From: Octopus vulgaris
Lineage: Eukaryota
Reading direction: 5' to 3'
DNA length: 64,000 bases
Assembly: GCA_951406725.2 (NCBI GenBank)
Contig: OX597823.1
Location: 49,042,001-49,106,000, forward strand
In this document: piece by piece, positions 13,638 to 24,812 of the stretch
How the letters are laid out: the number at the start of each line of letters is the position of its first letter
Numbering within the stretch: position 1 is the stretch's first letter
Translations under genes and position numbers: made by a program
The notes under the pieces: model-generated
The model's input: the letters and a program-made list of their open reading frames with translations, nothing else
Told to the model about the DNA's origin: nothing
Database searches by the model: none

Positions 13638-14477
13638 TATATATATACTCATATATACGACAGGATTCTTTCAGTTTCCGTCTACCAAATCCACTCACAA
13701 GGCTTTGGTCGGCCTGAGGCAATAGTAGAAGACACTTGCCCAAGGTGCCATGCAGTGGGACTGGACCCGGAACCATGAGGTTCATAAGCAAGCTACTTAG
13801 CACACAGCCACTCCTATGTCTATAGTTGACATTTATTTTGCTGAAACAACAATGGTCATGATATAAGAATAAAAGTCAACCCATTTATAAAATACTCTTG
13901 TATTCAACATTTTATTCTAATCATCATCATCATCATCACCACCACCACTGCCGCCACCATCACCACCACCACCACCACCACCACTACCACCTAACCTTTG
14001 TTTTCCATGCCAGAATGAGTTGGACAGTTTGAAGGATGAGGCAAGCCAGAGAACTGCACCAGGCTCCATTGTCTACTTTGGCATGGTTTCTATGGCTGGA
14101 TACCCTTCCTAACACCAACCACTTTTCCAGAGTGTTAAATGCTGCAGCTACTAATGATGATGATGATAATGTTACCATTGTACTGGGTGCTTTTTATGTG
14201 GTGCCAGCATCAGTAGAGTCATCAGACATCAAGTAACTTGCAAGGCAAAGACTCCATAACTGAGAGGGGGAGAACAGTATTGAGGGAGGTAGCATTGTGC
14301 AAATTGAGAGTTTAAAGCAGTGTTTTTCACCCTTTTTACCTTTGTGTAACCTTTAAATTGAATTACATATCTCAAAAAATAAATTACATGCACAAAAACA
14401 TTTATATACCATATCTTTCTCATATATTTTCACTGTAGTTCATGTGGTAAATATCATATATATATATATATAATTAA

Positions 14478-14622
14478 GAAGTTGCTTCACCACATACCAA
14501 AAATTTAGAAATAGCAGCCAGTTCTTTTCACTACAGATATGACTCCACCGATATCTGTAGTGAAAAGAATTAGCTGTCTTTGGCTGCTATTTCTTAATTT
14601 TTTTGTATGTGGTGAAGCAACT
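14478..14622. repeat. ~145-bp imperfect palindrome with unique tail to ~14760
   Basis: aagttgcttcaccacatac...tagcagcca...ttcttttcactacagatat / atatctgtagtgaaaagaa...tggctgcta...gtatgtggtgaagcaactt; tail matches the reverse complement of 26543-26660. Confidence 0.88.
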
Positions 14623-15169
14623 TGTTGCTAAACCCTTAATTATAATTATATATAAAAAAAACTTTTTGTAAAAGTTTCTACCGATAACGGTTATTTTTCC
14701 ATACTGAAACTACTTGGTAAAATTTATTAATTATTAAATTAATAATTCTTTACCCTATATCTGTAATGATATATATATATATATTCTTTTTCTTTTATTC
14801 TTTTACTTGTTTCAGTCATTTGACTGTGGCTATGTTGGAACACCGCCTTTAGTCAAACAAATTGACTCCAGAACTTATTCTTTGTAAGCCTAGTGCTTAT
14901 TCTGTCAGTCTCTTTTGCCAAACTGCTAGGTTATGGGGATGTAAACACACCATATATATATATATGTGGTTGTTATATTTTATTGACAGCATAATAGGTT
15001 AGGTAGGATGATGTCTATATTACAATAACTAATAATATGTTGTGTATGTATAGTAATATTACAATCAGGAAATTTGCATTAGCTTATATCACTCTTTCTT
15101 GCGGAACCCCTAGGAACCTTTTGCAGAACACTAGGGTTCCGGGGAATCCCGGTTGAGAAATGTTGGGTT

Positions 15170-17520
15170 AAAGTATGAATACAGAGATAGAAATAGTTGT
15201 TTTTCTACAGAGAAGATACCTGGCTATCTCAGTTGGAAAAGAAAAACAGAAAAGAGAGATAGTGTTGCAGAGAAAGATAGAGCGGTAGACTGAGGGCAAG
15301 AGATAGATGATGGTGGAGATGTGCTTTTTTTGAAAAAAAAATTAAGTTTCAGTTTTCACCTGAATATTATATTTTTTTATTGATCATGTTGTTTTCTTGT
15401 GTCCCTTGAAGAAAAACAAACAACAACAACAACAAAAACAAAAAGATGAAGAAATTTCATAATTTATTCAATGTGAGAGTTGTGGTTCAATATCTAGTGG
15501 GATAAGTGGCAATATTAATGTATGGTTCACTGACAGTTGGTTTCAGGTTGACTGGAGTAGTGGCAACACCTTCAGATGTCACATCAAACTACCAGGTTAA
15601 GAGGTTATTTATATGCATCGCCACCACTACCACCACCACTGCCACTGCTACTGCTACCACCACCACCACCACCATCGCCAATAGCACACCACTCCCACCA
15701 CTGATAGCACACCACCACCAACACCACTGTTATGGCTGCTGCTGCTGCCACCACCACCACCAACAACACAACCATCATTACCTCCTCCTCCACCACCAAC
15801 AACACAACCATCATCACCTCCTCCACCCACTCATTGTATGTCCACTTTTCATTGCTGCTGTTTCCAAGATTGGAGATATATTTGTATTGCTGCCCCAAGG
15901 CAGCAATCAAAATTCAATACTAAATGATTAAATGATATTGAAGATATAACCTAATCACTTCCTGAGTTGTTCCATGGTATTCCACAACAGTAACAAGATG
16001 TTTATCGTTGTTGCTATTTTCCTTCTCGAGCCATGCCTGACTCATAAAGGCCAGTTTCCCAGTTTCATTGCCATATAGATTCCCCACTTGGATGGGACGT
16101 AGGTCCATTGCAGGTGAGCTGCTAGATGCAGGAGGAAAGAGTGATAGAAAGTTGTGGTGAAAAAGTCAGCAGAAGTTCACCATTACCTTCTGCCAGAGCC
16201 GCAGCCATTCAAGAATTTGGACCTGGAGATCTCCATTTCCAGCGACTTCAAGGGCCACCTCCCAGTGGTGTCAGGCATCAACAAAGAGCCCTCGACTACA
16301 ACAAGACGACCAAAGGATTTTTTTTTTTTCCAAGATCTGGGGTCTTCCGCCCCTATGCCCTAGACCATCACCTAATCACCATTATCCGTCTTGTTGCTTT
16401 ACAACAACAACAGCCAGAGCCGCATGGAACTGAGGTGTTTCGCTTATCAACACACACATTGCTGACAGTTGGTTTCAGGTTGACAGAGAAGATACTTGGC
16501 TACCCCGGTTGGAAAAGAAAGGATAGAAAAGAGAGTTAGTGTTGGAGAGAAAGATAAAGATACTGAGTGAGGGCAAGAGATAGATGATGGAGGAGATGTG
16601 CTTTATTTTAAAAAAAAATTAAGTTTCAGTTTTCCCTTGAGAATTATTTTGAACCAGACATTGGGCTAAAGTATGGATACAGAGATAGAAATAGTTGTTT
16701 TTCTACAGAGAAGATACTTGGTTACCCCAGTTGGAAAAGAAAGGATAGAAAAGAGACATAGTGTTGCAGAGAAAGATAGAGAGGAAGAGTGAGAGCAAGT
16801 GATAGATGATGGTGGAGATGTGTTGTTTTTTTTTAAATCAAGTTCCAGTTTTCACCTGGAACTTTTTTTTATTATTGATCATGTTTTCTTTGTCCCTTGA
16901 AGAAAAGCAAACAACAACAAGATATTGAACCACAACTCACACAATGGAAGAATTACGAAATTACTCCATCTTTTTATTTTTGTTGTTTGTTTTTCTTCAA
17001 GATGCACGCTGCCTGGTCTGAGAGTCGAACCCACAATCCCTCAACCGTGAGTCTGCTGCTCTAACCACTAGGCCATGTGCCTCCACTTGTAACAAGATGC
17101 CAGTATCATAACTTTCTTTGTTACATGTTACTAGTTTTGTACATGCAAATGGCAATGTCAAGATCATTCTAGCCTTTATCGTCCCTACATACATCATTTA
17201 TAGGTTCTTCACTAAAACCAAGAATGTAGCACCCTTAAAATATACTGAAAATCGTTGGTCTATTTCAATATACTTGGCTACCCCAGTTTGGAATAAAAAG
17301 GAGAGAAAAGAGAGGTAGTATCAGAGAGAAATATAGAGAGACAGAGTGAGGGCCAGAGATAGATGATTGCTTCTTTTTTTTTAGCTTAAGTTTCAGTTTT
17401 CACCTGACTATTGTTTTATTATTGATCAAGTTGTCTTCCTGTGTCCTTTGAAGAAAACCTTACAACTAAATAAAAAAAAATAGAAGTAATTTCATCATTT
17501 ATTCAACATGAGAGTCATTC
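15170..17520 (+). repeat. Local low-copy ~160-300 bp repeat (4 copies near 15210, 16487, 16709, 17270)
   Basis: Recurrent gatac.tggcta..ccag.t.ggaa.a.aaa...gagggcaagagatagatgat...aagtttcagttttc. Confidence 0.75.
16200..16412 (+). mobile_element. ~210-bp retroposon 3' end with (AAC)n tail; second copy at 40507-40710
   Basis: gcagcc.ttcaagaatttggacctggagatctccatt...gccctagaccatcacc...cgtcttgttgctt shared by both loci. Confidence 0.7.
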
Positions 17521-17729
17521 TCCTTTGGATTCCCAAGCATGGGTATATGGTAAGAAGCTTGCTTCCCAACCACATGGTTCTGGGTTCAGTCCCATTGTGT
17601 TGGTAGGGACAAACACAGACACAAAGACACACACACACAGATATATATACATATACATATGTATTTACAGACATATATGTATTTACATATATATATATAC
17701 ACACATATATATATAAATACATATATATG

Positions 17730-17766
<37 letters not shown>

Positions 17767-17851
17767 ATTCGAGACAAAACCACTATTTTGCAAAACAAAC
17801 AAGGAAAGACTTAATCAATACATAAAAATTTTTAATATAAAGAAATAAACG

Positions 17852-17894
17852 CCACTACAATCGTTTCATGTCTTCAATGACATTCGTCAGGTGG
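17852..17894 (-). ncRNA. Minimal type I hammerhead ribozyme (minus-strand copy)
   Basis: Exact reverse complement of 17963-18005. Confidence 0.8.
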
Positions 17895-17962
17895 ATTTTC
17901 GATCTATTAATCTGTTTTAATTTATGACTTCATAAATTAAAACAGATTAATTGATCGAAAAT

Positions 17963-18005
17963 CCACCTGACGAATGTCATTGAAGACATGAAACGATTGT
18001 AGTGG
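17963..18005 (+). ncRNA. Minimal type I hammerhead ribozyme
   Basis: ccac CUGACGA augu c-auugaa-g acau GAAA c-gauu-g UA gugg: stem I ccac/gugg, stem II auguc/gacau, intact core, GUA cleavage triplet. Confidence 0.82.
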
Positions 18006-18182
18006 CGGTTTATTTTTTTATATTAAAATTTTTATTATGTATTGATTAAGTCTTTCCTTGTTTGTTTTGATGAAAATAGTGGTTTTGTCTCCAATTATAT
18101 TATATAATATTTTACTATAAAATTGGATTTAATCCTAAATCTGATTTTTCCCTGTAAATTTGGATTTATTCCCAATAATATT

Positions 18183-18239
<57 letters not shown>

Positions 18240-18270
18240 GTATATATATATGTATAAACGATGATGATGA

Positions 18271-18303
<33 letters not shown>

Positions 18304-18847
18304 ACACAACAGGCTTCTTTCAGTTTCCGTCTACCATATCCACTCACAAGGCTTTGGTCAGCCCAAGGCTATAGTGGAAGACACTTGCCCAAGGTGTCAT
18401 GCAGTGGAACTGAACCCGGAAGCATGTGGTTGAGAAGCAAGCTTCTCGCTCACAAGAATTAGACTTAGCTGTCAAAACTATAAAATTAAACTATTTTCAC
18501 AAAAAGGATACTACTGACAACCATTCTATATAAGAACTCGTAAATGAACAAAGAAGAGGAAACTTACAGACTACACATTCATACAATACAGGCATCGATA
18601 ATTATTTATTTATTTATTTATTTATTTTACTTGTTTCAGTAATTTTGACTGTGGTCATGCTGGAGCACCACCTTAAAGGGTTTTAGTCAAAGAAATCGAC
18701 CTCAGGACTCATTTTTTGTAAGCTTAGTACTTATTCTATTGATCTCTCTTGCTGAACCACTAAGTTATGAGGACATAAACACACTAGTATCAATTGTCAA
18801 GCAATAGCAGGGGGAGCAAACATAAACATACATACACATAAATGTAT

Positions 18848-18878
<31 letters not shown>

Positions 18879-19507
18879 ATATATATATATATATATTCAT
18901 CATCATCATCATCATCATCATCATTTAACGTCTGCTTTCCATGCTAGCATGGGTTGGACGATTTTGATTGAGGGCTGGCAAGCCAGATGGCTGCATCAGG
19001 CACCAATCTTGATCTGGCATATATTCCTTTGTGGTGGCACACCTCCTTTGCTGCTGTGCACCTGTTTCTATCTTCATTCCTGATCGATCGATCTCTTTCT
19101 CTCTTTTTCTCTTTGGCTGGGTAACCTTGTACCACCTCTACAGCAAAACACCTGTTTCTGTCTCTCTGCCTCACTATAACCGTTCATCATCCAGCACAAG
19201 ATCACCTCCTCCAAGATCACCTCTTCCCAAAAAGTTTTTTTATTTATTTTTTGTTGTACAAGTACTTGGTAACCCTGTTAGTGCAGGTGCCACACTGTAA
19301 CGTTGTTGGCATTTGGAAAACCATCCAGCTGTAAAAACCTTGCCAAAACTGACCTTGCCTGTGCTTGTGCCAAGTATATATGCATTTATATATTATCTAT
19401 ATTATTGTATGATTGAATGCCATGCATCCATTTCCAAGTAAGTTTTATCTATCTATCTATATATGTATGTGTATGTGTGTGAGTGTGCGTGTGTATATAT
19501 ATATATA

Positions 19508-19652
19508 GGAAGGGCATCCAGCTGTAGAAACACTGCCAGATCAGACTGGAGCCTGGTGCAGCCTTCTGGCTTCCCAGATCCCCGGTCGAACCGTCCAACC
19601 CATGCTAGCATGGAGAACGGACGTTAAACGATGATGATGATGATGATGATGA
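19508..19652 (+). mobile_element. Retroposon family E (LINE-3'-end-like/SINE, (ATG)n tail)
   Basis: ggaagggcatccagctgtagaaacactgccagatcagactggagcctggtgcagcc...catgctagcatggagaacggacgttaaacgatgatg; many copies (1460-1605, 12480-12740, 13990-14210, 18900-19020, 24030-24150, 33195-33335, 43400-43573 continuing at 48136-48172). Confidence 0.8.
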
Positions 19653-20009
19653 TATATATATATATATGCATGCATGTATTTTTGTATGCACATATACAAC
19701 AGGCTTCTTTCAGATTCCGTCTACTAAATCCACTCACAAGGCTATAGTAGAAAACAATTGTCCAAGGTGCCATGCATTGGAACTGAACCTAGAACCATCT
19801 GGCTAGGAAGCAAGCTTCTTACCTCACAGCTGCATCCATACCTATATATTTATATATTTGGCTGTTATTTCTAGCATATTAAGTGACTGTTTAGGAAACG
19901 TCTTAGACCAGATCCAGGGGCAGAGTAGGGAAGGAGATTTTCAAGGGCTTGCACGTTGAATGGAGGTCAGCAACAAAACAACACAAATAACAACACAAAT
20001 AATGAAGAA

Positions 20010-20217
20010 GTAGTAGTAGTAGTAGTAGTAGTAGGAGGAGCAACAGTGGCTGTGGCAGTGACTGTGACAGTGGCAACAACAGTAGTGGTGGTGGTAGTTG
20101 TTGTTGTGATGGTGGTGGTGATAGTAGGAGTAGTAATAATAGTAGTAGCAGCAGCAGTAGTAGTAGATGTGATAGTAGTACTAATAGTAGTAGTAGTTGC
20201 TGTTGCTCTCGTTGGTT

Positions 20218-20269
<52 letters not shown>

Positions 20270-20287
20270 CAGTGGTAATTGTTGTTG

Positions 20288-20319
<32 letters not shown>

Positions 20320-20331
20320 GGTGGTGGTGGC
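20010..20331. repeat. Compound trinucleotide tract (GTA)n/(GTT)n/(GGT)n
   Basis: Direct reading; explains the poly-V/S/C/W ORFs. Confidence 0.93.
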
Positions 20332-21146
20332 GATGCTATCTTCTACTATAACTTCTGCAGTTTACGAGTGATTAAACAGGTAAATGCCGAAGAAGTTTCA
20401 AACTGAATGCCTTAATCTACCAATCCACCTAAGTTAACACTAAGCTGCCACTCCTACTCCATTCCCCCCCCCACACACACACACACACATATACACACAC
20501 CATGTTTTCTGGCTAGTAATATTAAACTTAGGAAAAACAACAACAAAAACAAATAATATTTCAGTTTTGCTTAAGAGGAAAATATTTAAAATATTAAAAC
20601 ATTTTCTCATCAAACCAAGAAATTTAATGACACAAAAGCACTGAAACTGTTTGGTAATTAGGCAATTAAGTAATTAATTGATAGGAAAATGTACTGATGA
20701 GACCCATTCTTAAAGAATACTTTAGCTTTTAAAACTAAAATTATGACATCTTTATTCCCTTAATGGATATTTCAGACAATTAACAGGTAGAAGTTTTCTT
20801 AAATTCAATTTTTTTCCGCATTTCATGCATTATAGTCGACATAGTTGGTGTTGAATTACTTTTAACCTTTATTTGTTCTTGATTATTTTAATATCATCTG
20901 AAATGATAGTTTGCTCTAGATGGCCTAATCTCTGACTAGCTTTTCCTTCAAACCTTACTTATTTTCTTAATTGTGTTTTTTTTTCTTCTTTTTCTAAATT
21001 GATGTCATATTTCTCTTGATGTAGTTTTTCATTTTTCTTCCTGATATCCCTTATGAAGGACTGCACTTTAGTTAATATGTAAAAATATGTGGTGGAATCA
21101 GAAGAGAGGTGAAAGAAGTATTCCAGAGATAATTATATAGATAGAT

Positions 21147-21199
<53 letters not shown>

Positions 21200-21414
21200 A
21201 GTGTTTAAATATCTGACTATACCTCTTTCTCTCTCTGCATATATATATATGTGTGTGTGTGTGTGTGGTTTTAGTTTGACATTCTATTAGAAAAGAAAGG
21301 AATCACAATCAAAGTTGGAATTTGTTACATTAAGTGAAAGTCTTCCTATAATGCAACAGAATTAGTCATATAAGAGTCACTTATCATTAACTACATATAC
21401 ATACACACACACAC

Positions 21415-21459
<45 letters not shown>

Positions 21460-22032
21460 TGTATATATATATATATATTTATGTGTATATATATGTATAT
21501 ATATATATTTATGTATATGTATATATATATATATATATATATAGAAATATTAAAATAACTAAGTCTCTCTAAAAGAGAACAGCGGCAGCGTTCCCGGAAA
21601 ATAATAGTTATCGCCATACTAATATGGCATTCTTATAAAAATAAGAAAAAAGCTGTCCGCTTATTAGCTCCATGAGGCCATCGCCTTAGTTAGCTATTTG
21701 ATACACAAACTGTATCCATATAACCTCGAACAAGGGAGGTCAGTCGCTCCACACTACTTGACCGGCAGCTACAGCGCGTTTGGGTATTTTTCAATGATAG
21801 CAGCCAAACAATCTCTGTTCTGGTTTTATTTACCATTTCGGTGGAATACATCCACTTGTTTTCAAAATAGAAATATTAAAATAACGTCTCTCTAACAAGG
21901 GAGTTATCGCCATCAATATGGCATTCTTATAAAAATAAGAAAAAGCTGTCCGTTACTCCACCATCGCCTTAAGTTAGCTATTTGATACACAACTGGAACA
22001 AGGAGGTCAGTCACCCACACTACTGACCGGCA

Positions 22033-22074
22033 GCTACAGACGCGTGTCGGGGTATTGCCCCTTTTCAATGCAGC
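22033..22074 (-). ncRNA. Hammerhead copy on the inverted arm (GAAA changed to GACA)
   Basis: Reverse complement gctgca ttgaaaa ggggcaatacccc gaca cgcgtc tgtagc; the core change may be a mutation or a consensus error. Confidence 0.6.
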
Positions 22075-22605
22075 GTAGCCAGCCAGTAGGTGTCGCTTCC
22101 GACAATCTCTGTTCGATGGTTTTATTTACCTAGTTTCGGTGGAATACATCCACTTGTTTTCAATAATAGAAATATTAAAATAACTAAGTCTCTCTAAAAG
22201 AGAACAGAGGCAGCGTTCCCGGAAAATAATAGTTATCGCCATTGAAAAGGGGCAATACCCCGAAACGCGTCTGTAGCTGCTGGTCAAGTAGTGTGGAGCG
22301 ACTGACCTCCCTTGTTCGAAGGTTATATGGATACAGTTTGTGTATCAAATGGCTAACTTAAGGCGATGGCTTCATGGAGCTAATAAGCGGACAGCTTTTT
22401 TCTTATTTTTTTTTTTTATTTTTTCTTATTTTTATAAGAATGCCATATTAGTATGGCAATAACTATTATTTTCCGGGAACACTGCCGCTGTTCTCTTTTA
22501 GAGAGACTTAGTTATTTTAATATTTCTATTATTGAAAACAAGTGGATGTATTCCACCGAAACTAGGTAAATAAAACCATCGAACAGAGATTGTCGGAAGC
22601 GACAC

Positions 22606-22676
22606 CTACTGGCTGGCTACGCTGCATTGAAAAGGGGCAATACCCCGAAACGCGTCTGTAGCTGCCGGTCAAGTAG
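22606..22676 (+). ncRNA. Type I hammerhead ribozyme, U3-A8 core variant; predicted cleavage after C22656
   Basis: Stem I gcugca/uguagc extended by ggcuggc/gccgguc and cuacu/aguag around an internal loop; core UUGAAAA; stem II gggg-caaua-cccc; GAAA; palindromic ACGCGU stem III; GUC site. Confidence 0.85.
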
Positions 22677-22967
22677 TGTGGAGCGACTGACCTCCCTTGT
22701 TCGAAGTTTATATGGATACAGTTTGTGTATCAAATAGCTAACTTAAGGCGATGGCCTCATGGAGCTAATAAGCGGACAGCTTTTTTCTTATTTTTATAAG
22801 AATGCCATATTAGTATGGCAATAACTATTATTTTCCGGGAACGCTGCCGCTGTTCTCTTTTAGAGAGACTTAGTTATTTTAATATTTCTATTATTGAATA
22901 CAAGTGGATGTATTCCACCGAAACTAGGTAAATAAAACCATCGAACAGAGATTGTCGGAAGCGACAC

Positions 22968-23038
22968 CTACTGGCTGGCTACGCTGCATTGAAAAGGGGC
23001 AATACCCCGAAACGCGTCTGTAGCTGCCGGTCAAGTAG
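22968..23038 (+). ncRNA. Type I hammerhead ribozyme, U3-A8 core variant; predicted cleavage after C23018
   Basis: Identical to 22606-22676, one monomer downstream. Confidence 0.85.
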
Positions 23039-24597
23039 TGTGGAGCGACTGACCTCCCTTGTTCGAAGGTTATATGGATACAGTTTGTGTATCAAATAGC
23101 TAACTTAAGGCGATGGCCTCATGGAGCTAATAAGCGGACAGCTTTTTTCTTATTTTTATAAGAATGCCATATTAGTATGGCGATAACTATATATATATAT
23201 ATATATATGTATTTATATATACATATATATATGTATATATGTCTATATATATATGTATATGTATATATGTATATATATATATTATATATATGTATATGTA
23301 TATGTATATATGTATATGAATGTATATATACAAACATATCTGTATATATGCATATATATATATGATGTATGTATGTATGTATGTATGTATGTATGTATGT
23401 ATGTATGTATGCATGCATGCATGTATGTATGTGTGTATGTATGTATGTATGTATGTATGTATGTATGAATGAGGGAAATGGTGCCTATGAAGGCAGTGCC
23501 TACCTTGAATAAAATAGATCGATACCAACATTTTCCTTTTATGGCAAATTATGCACCTAATTCAATAAAGTTATGAAGGTTACACTGATTAGTATGCATA
23601 AAATGCAAAATATTTTATTTTTTTGTGAATTAAGTAGGCATGATTCGCCCCTGCTTTTCAATCTCAGTATTTAAGTTATGTATAGTACTGCTGTAGTACA
23701 CATGCTGCGTACACTCCTAAAATACCATTTTCTTTATGTGCTGTAATGGCAGAAGTAAATCTGCCTTCAACTCATTTACATGCCTGTGTTTCACTTATTT
23801 TTTGTGTTTTACTACTTAAAGGTCACCAACTGCCTACCCTGAGTAATTACTGACAACATGTGCCTAATATGTATGTATATGTATATATATATATGCATAT
23901 AAAGTTAATCCAAACAAGAAAGCACAAAAAAAACAACAATGCAAGGACGTGGAACAAATATGTATATATCTTGTCAATGCATCATATATCCAAAAAAGAA
24001 GCACACACACACACACACACATATATTATCTCATCATTTAACATCTGTTGGATGGTTTGACCAGGACTGTCAAGCTGGAAGGCTGCACTAGACTCCAGTC
24101 TGATTTGGTATGGTTTCTATGGCTTAATGCCCTTCCTAGCACCAACCACCTTCCCTAGCATGATATAATACCAAATGTCTCGTTCAATATATTTGAAATG
24201 TTTAAACAATCTTACCATCACTTTATCTAAACATTATTCATTTTCACTAAATTTCAATGTCAATTTATATAAAGTTTAAAATAAGAGAATTAGTGTAAGA
24301 AGCTCCAAACTTCTCAAAACATGGCTAAAACCCAACCCAGTAAAACTAGCAACCCTTTAGGGTTAAACAGTTTTGAAGTCAATAAAACTAGGGTATTTTC
24401 TGGAACTGAACTAACTAGACAAGAAATTTCATTTTAAGATCTGAAAATAAAATTCAAACTCTAAAACAGACTTTTTTTTGTTTCTCTCTCTCACTCTCTC
24501 TCCACCCATCCCCGCCTTTAAATTTTTTACAGGTTTCAATTTTAGTTTTAATAAAGTCTTTCTAGATTCTGCCAATGCTTCATGAAATAGGGGTGAA

Positions 24598-24812
24598 GGA
24601 ACTGAGATTTCTTGGTCATGTGATGAGGAAGAAGGGTCTGGAGAATTTAGCGATGACCAGAAAGATTAAAAGGAAAAGGTTAAAAGATGAAATGGATGTC
24701 AGGCTTGATGAAGCAGTTGGAAGAAAGTGGCATTAAACCTCAGGAGGTGGAGCTGCTACAGAGTAAAGAGAACAGAGAATTGTGGCAAGACATGATCACC
24801 TATGCCTTATAT
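24598..24812 (+). mobile_element. RTE/BovB-like LINE 3' fragment
   Basis: Reads LRFLGHVMRKKGLENLAMTRKIKRKR, like the RTE C-terminal L.F.GH..R...LE.....G...GKR motif. Confidence 0.6.

Larger units (their letters stand above)
12825..13815 (-). mobile_element. SINE family A copy split by a DD41D transposon in its internal (TA)n
   Basis: Tail at 12825-13030 and head at 13655-13815 match 27002-27415 in reverse complement. Confidence 0.85.
17759..18185. mobile_element. Penelope-pLTR-like fold-back element: ~345-bp palindrome (17759-18103) plus tail, one hammerhead per arm
   Basis: Arms are near-perfect reverse complements centred at ~17928; flanked by (TA)n. Confidence 0.85.
21543..23190. mobile_element. 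Retrozyme-like tandem array of a 362-bp monomer with an internal inversion at ~22241
   Basis: Identical motif at 22621 and 22983 (period 362). 21543-22242 holds ~2.2 monomers in one orientation and 22240-23190 ~2.6 in the opposite one; flanked by (TA)n. Confidence 0.92.

Noticed and set aside
21543-23190. CRISPR array or rDNA/snRNA tandem cluster
   Set aside because: The whole 362-bp unit repeats with no unique spacers, the context is eukaryotic, and I recognise no 5S or snRNA sequence.
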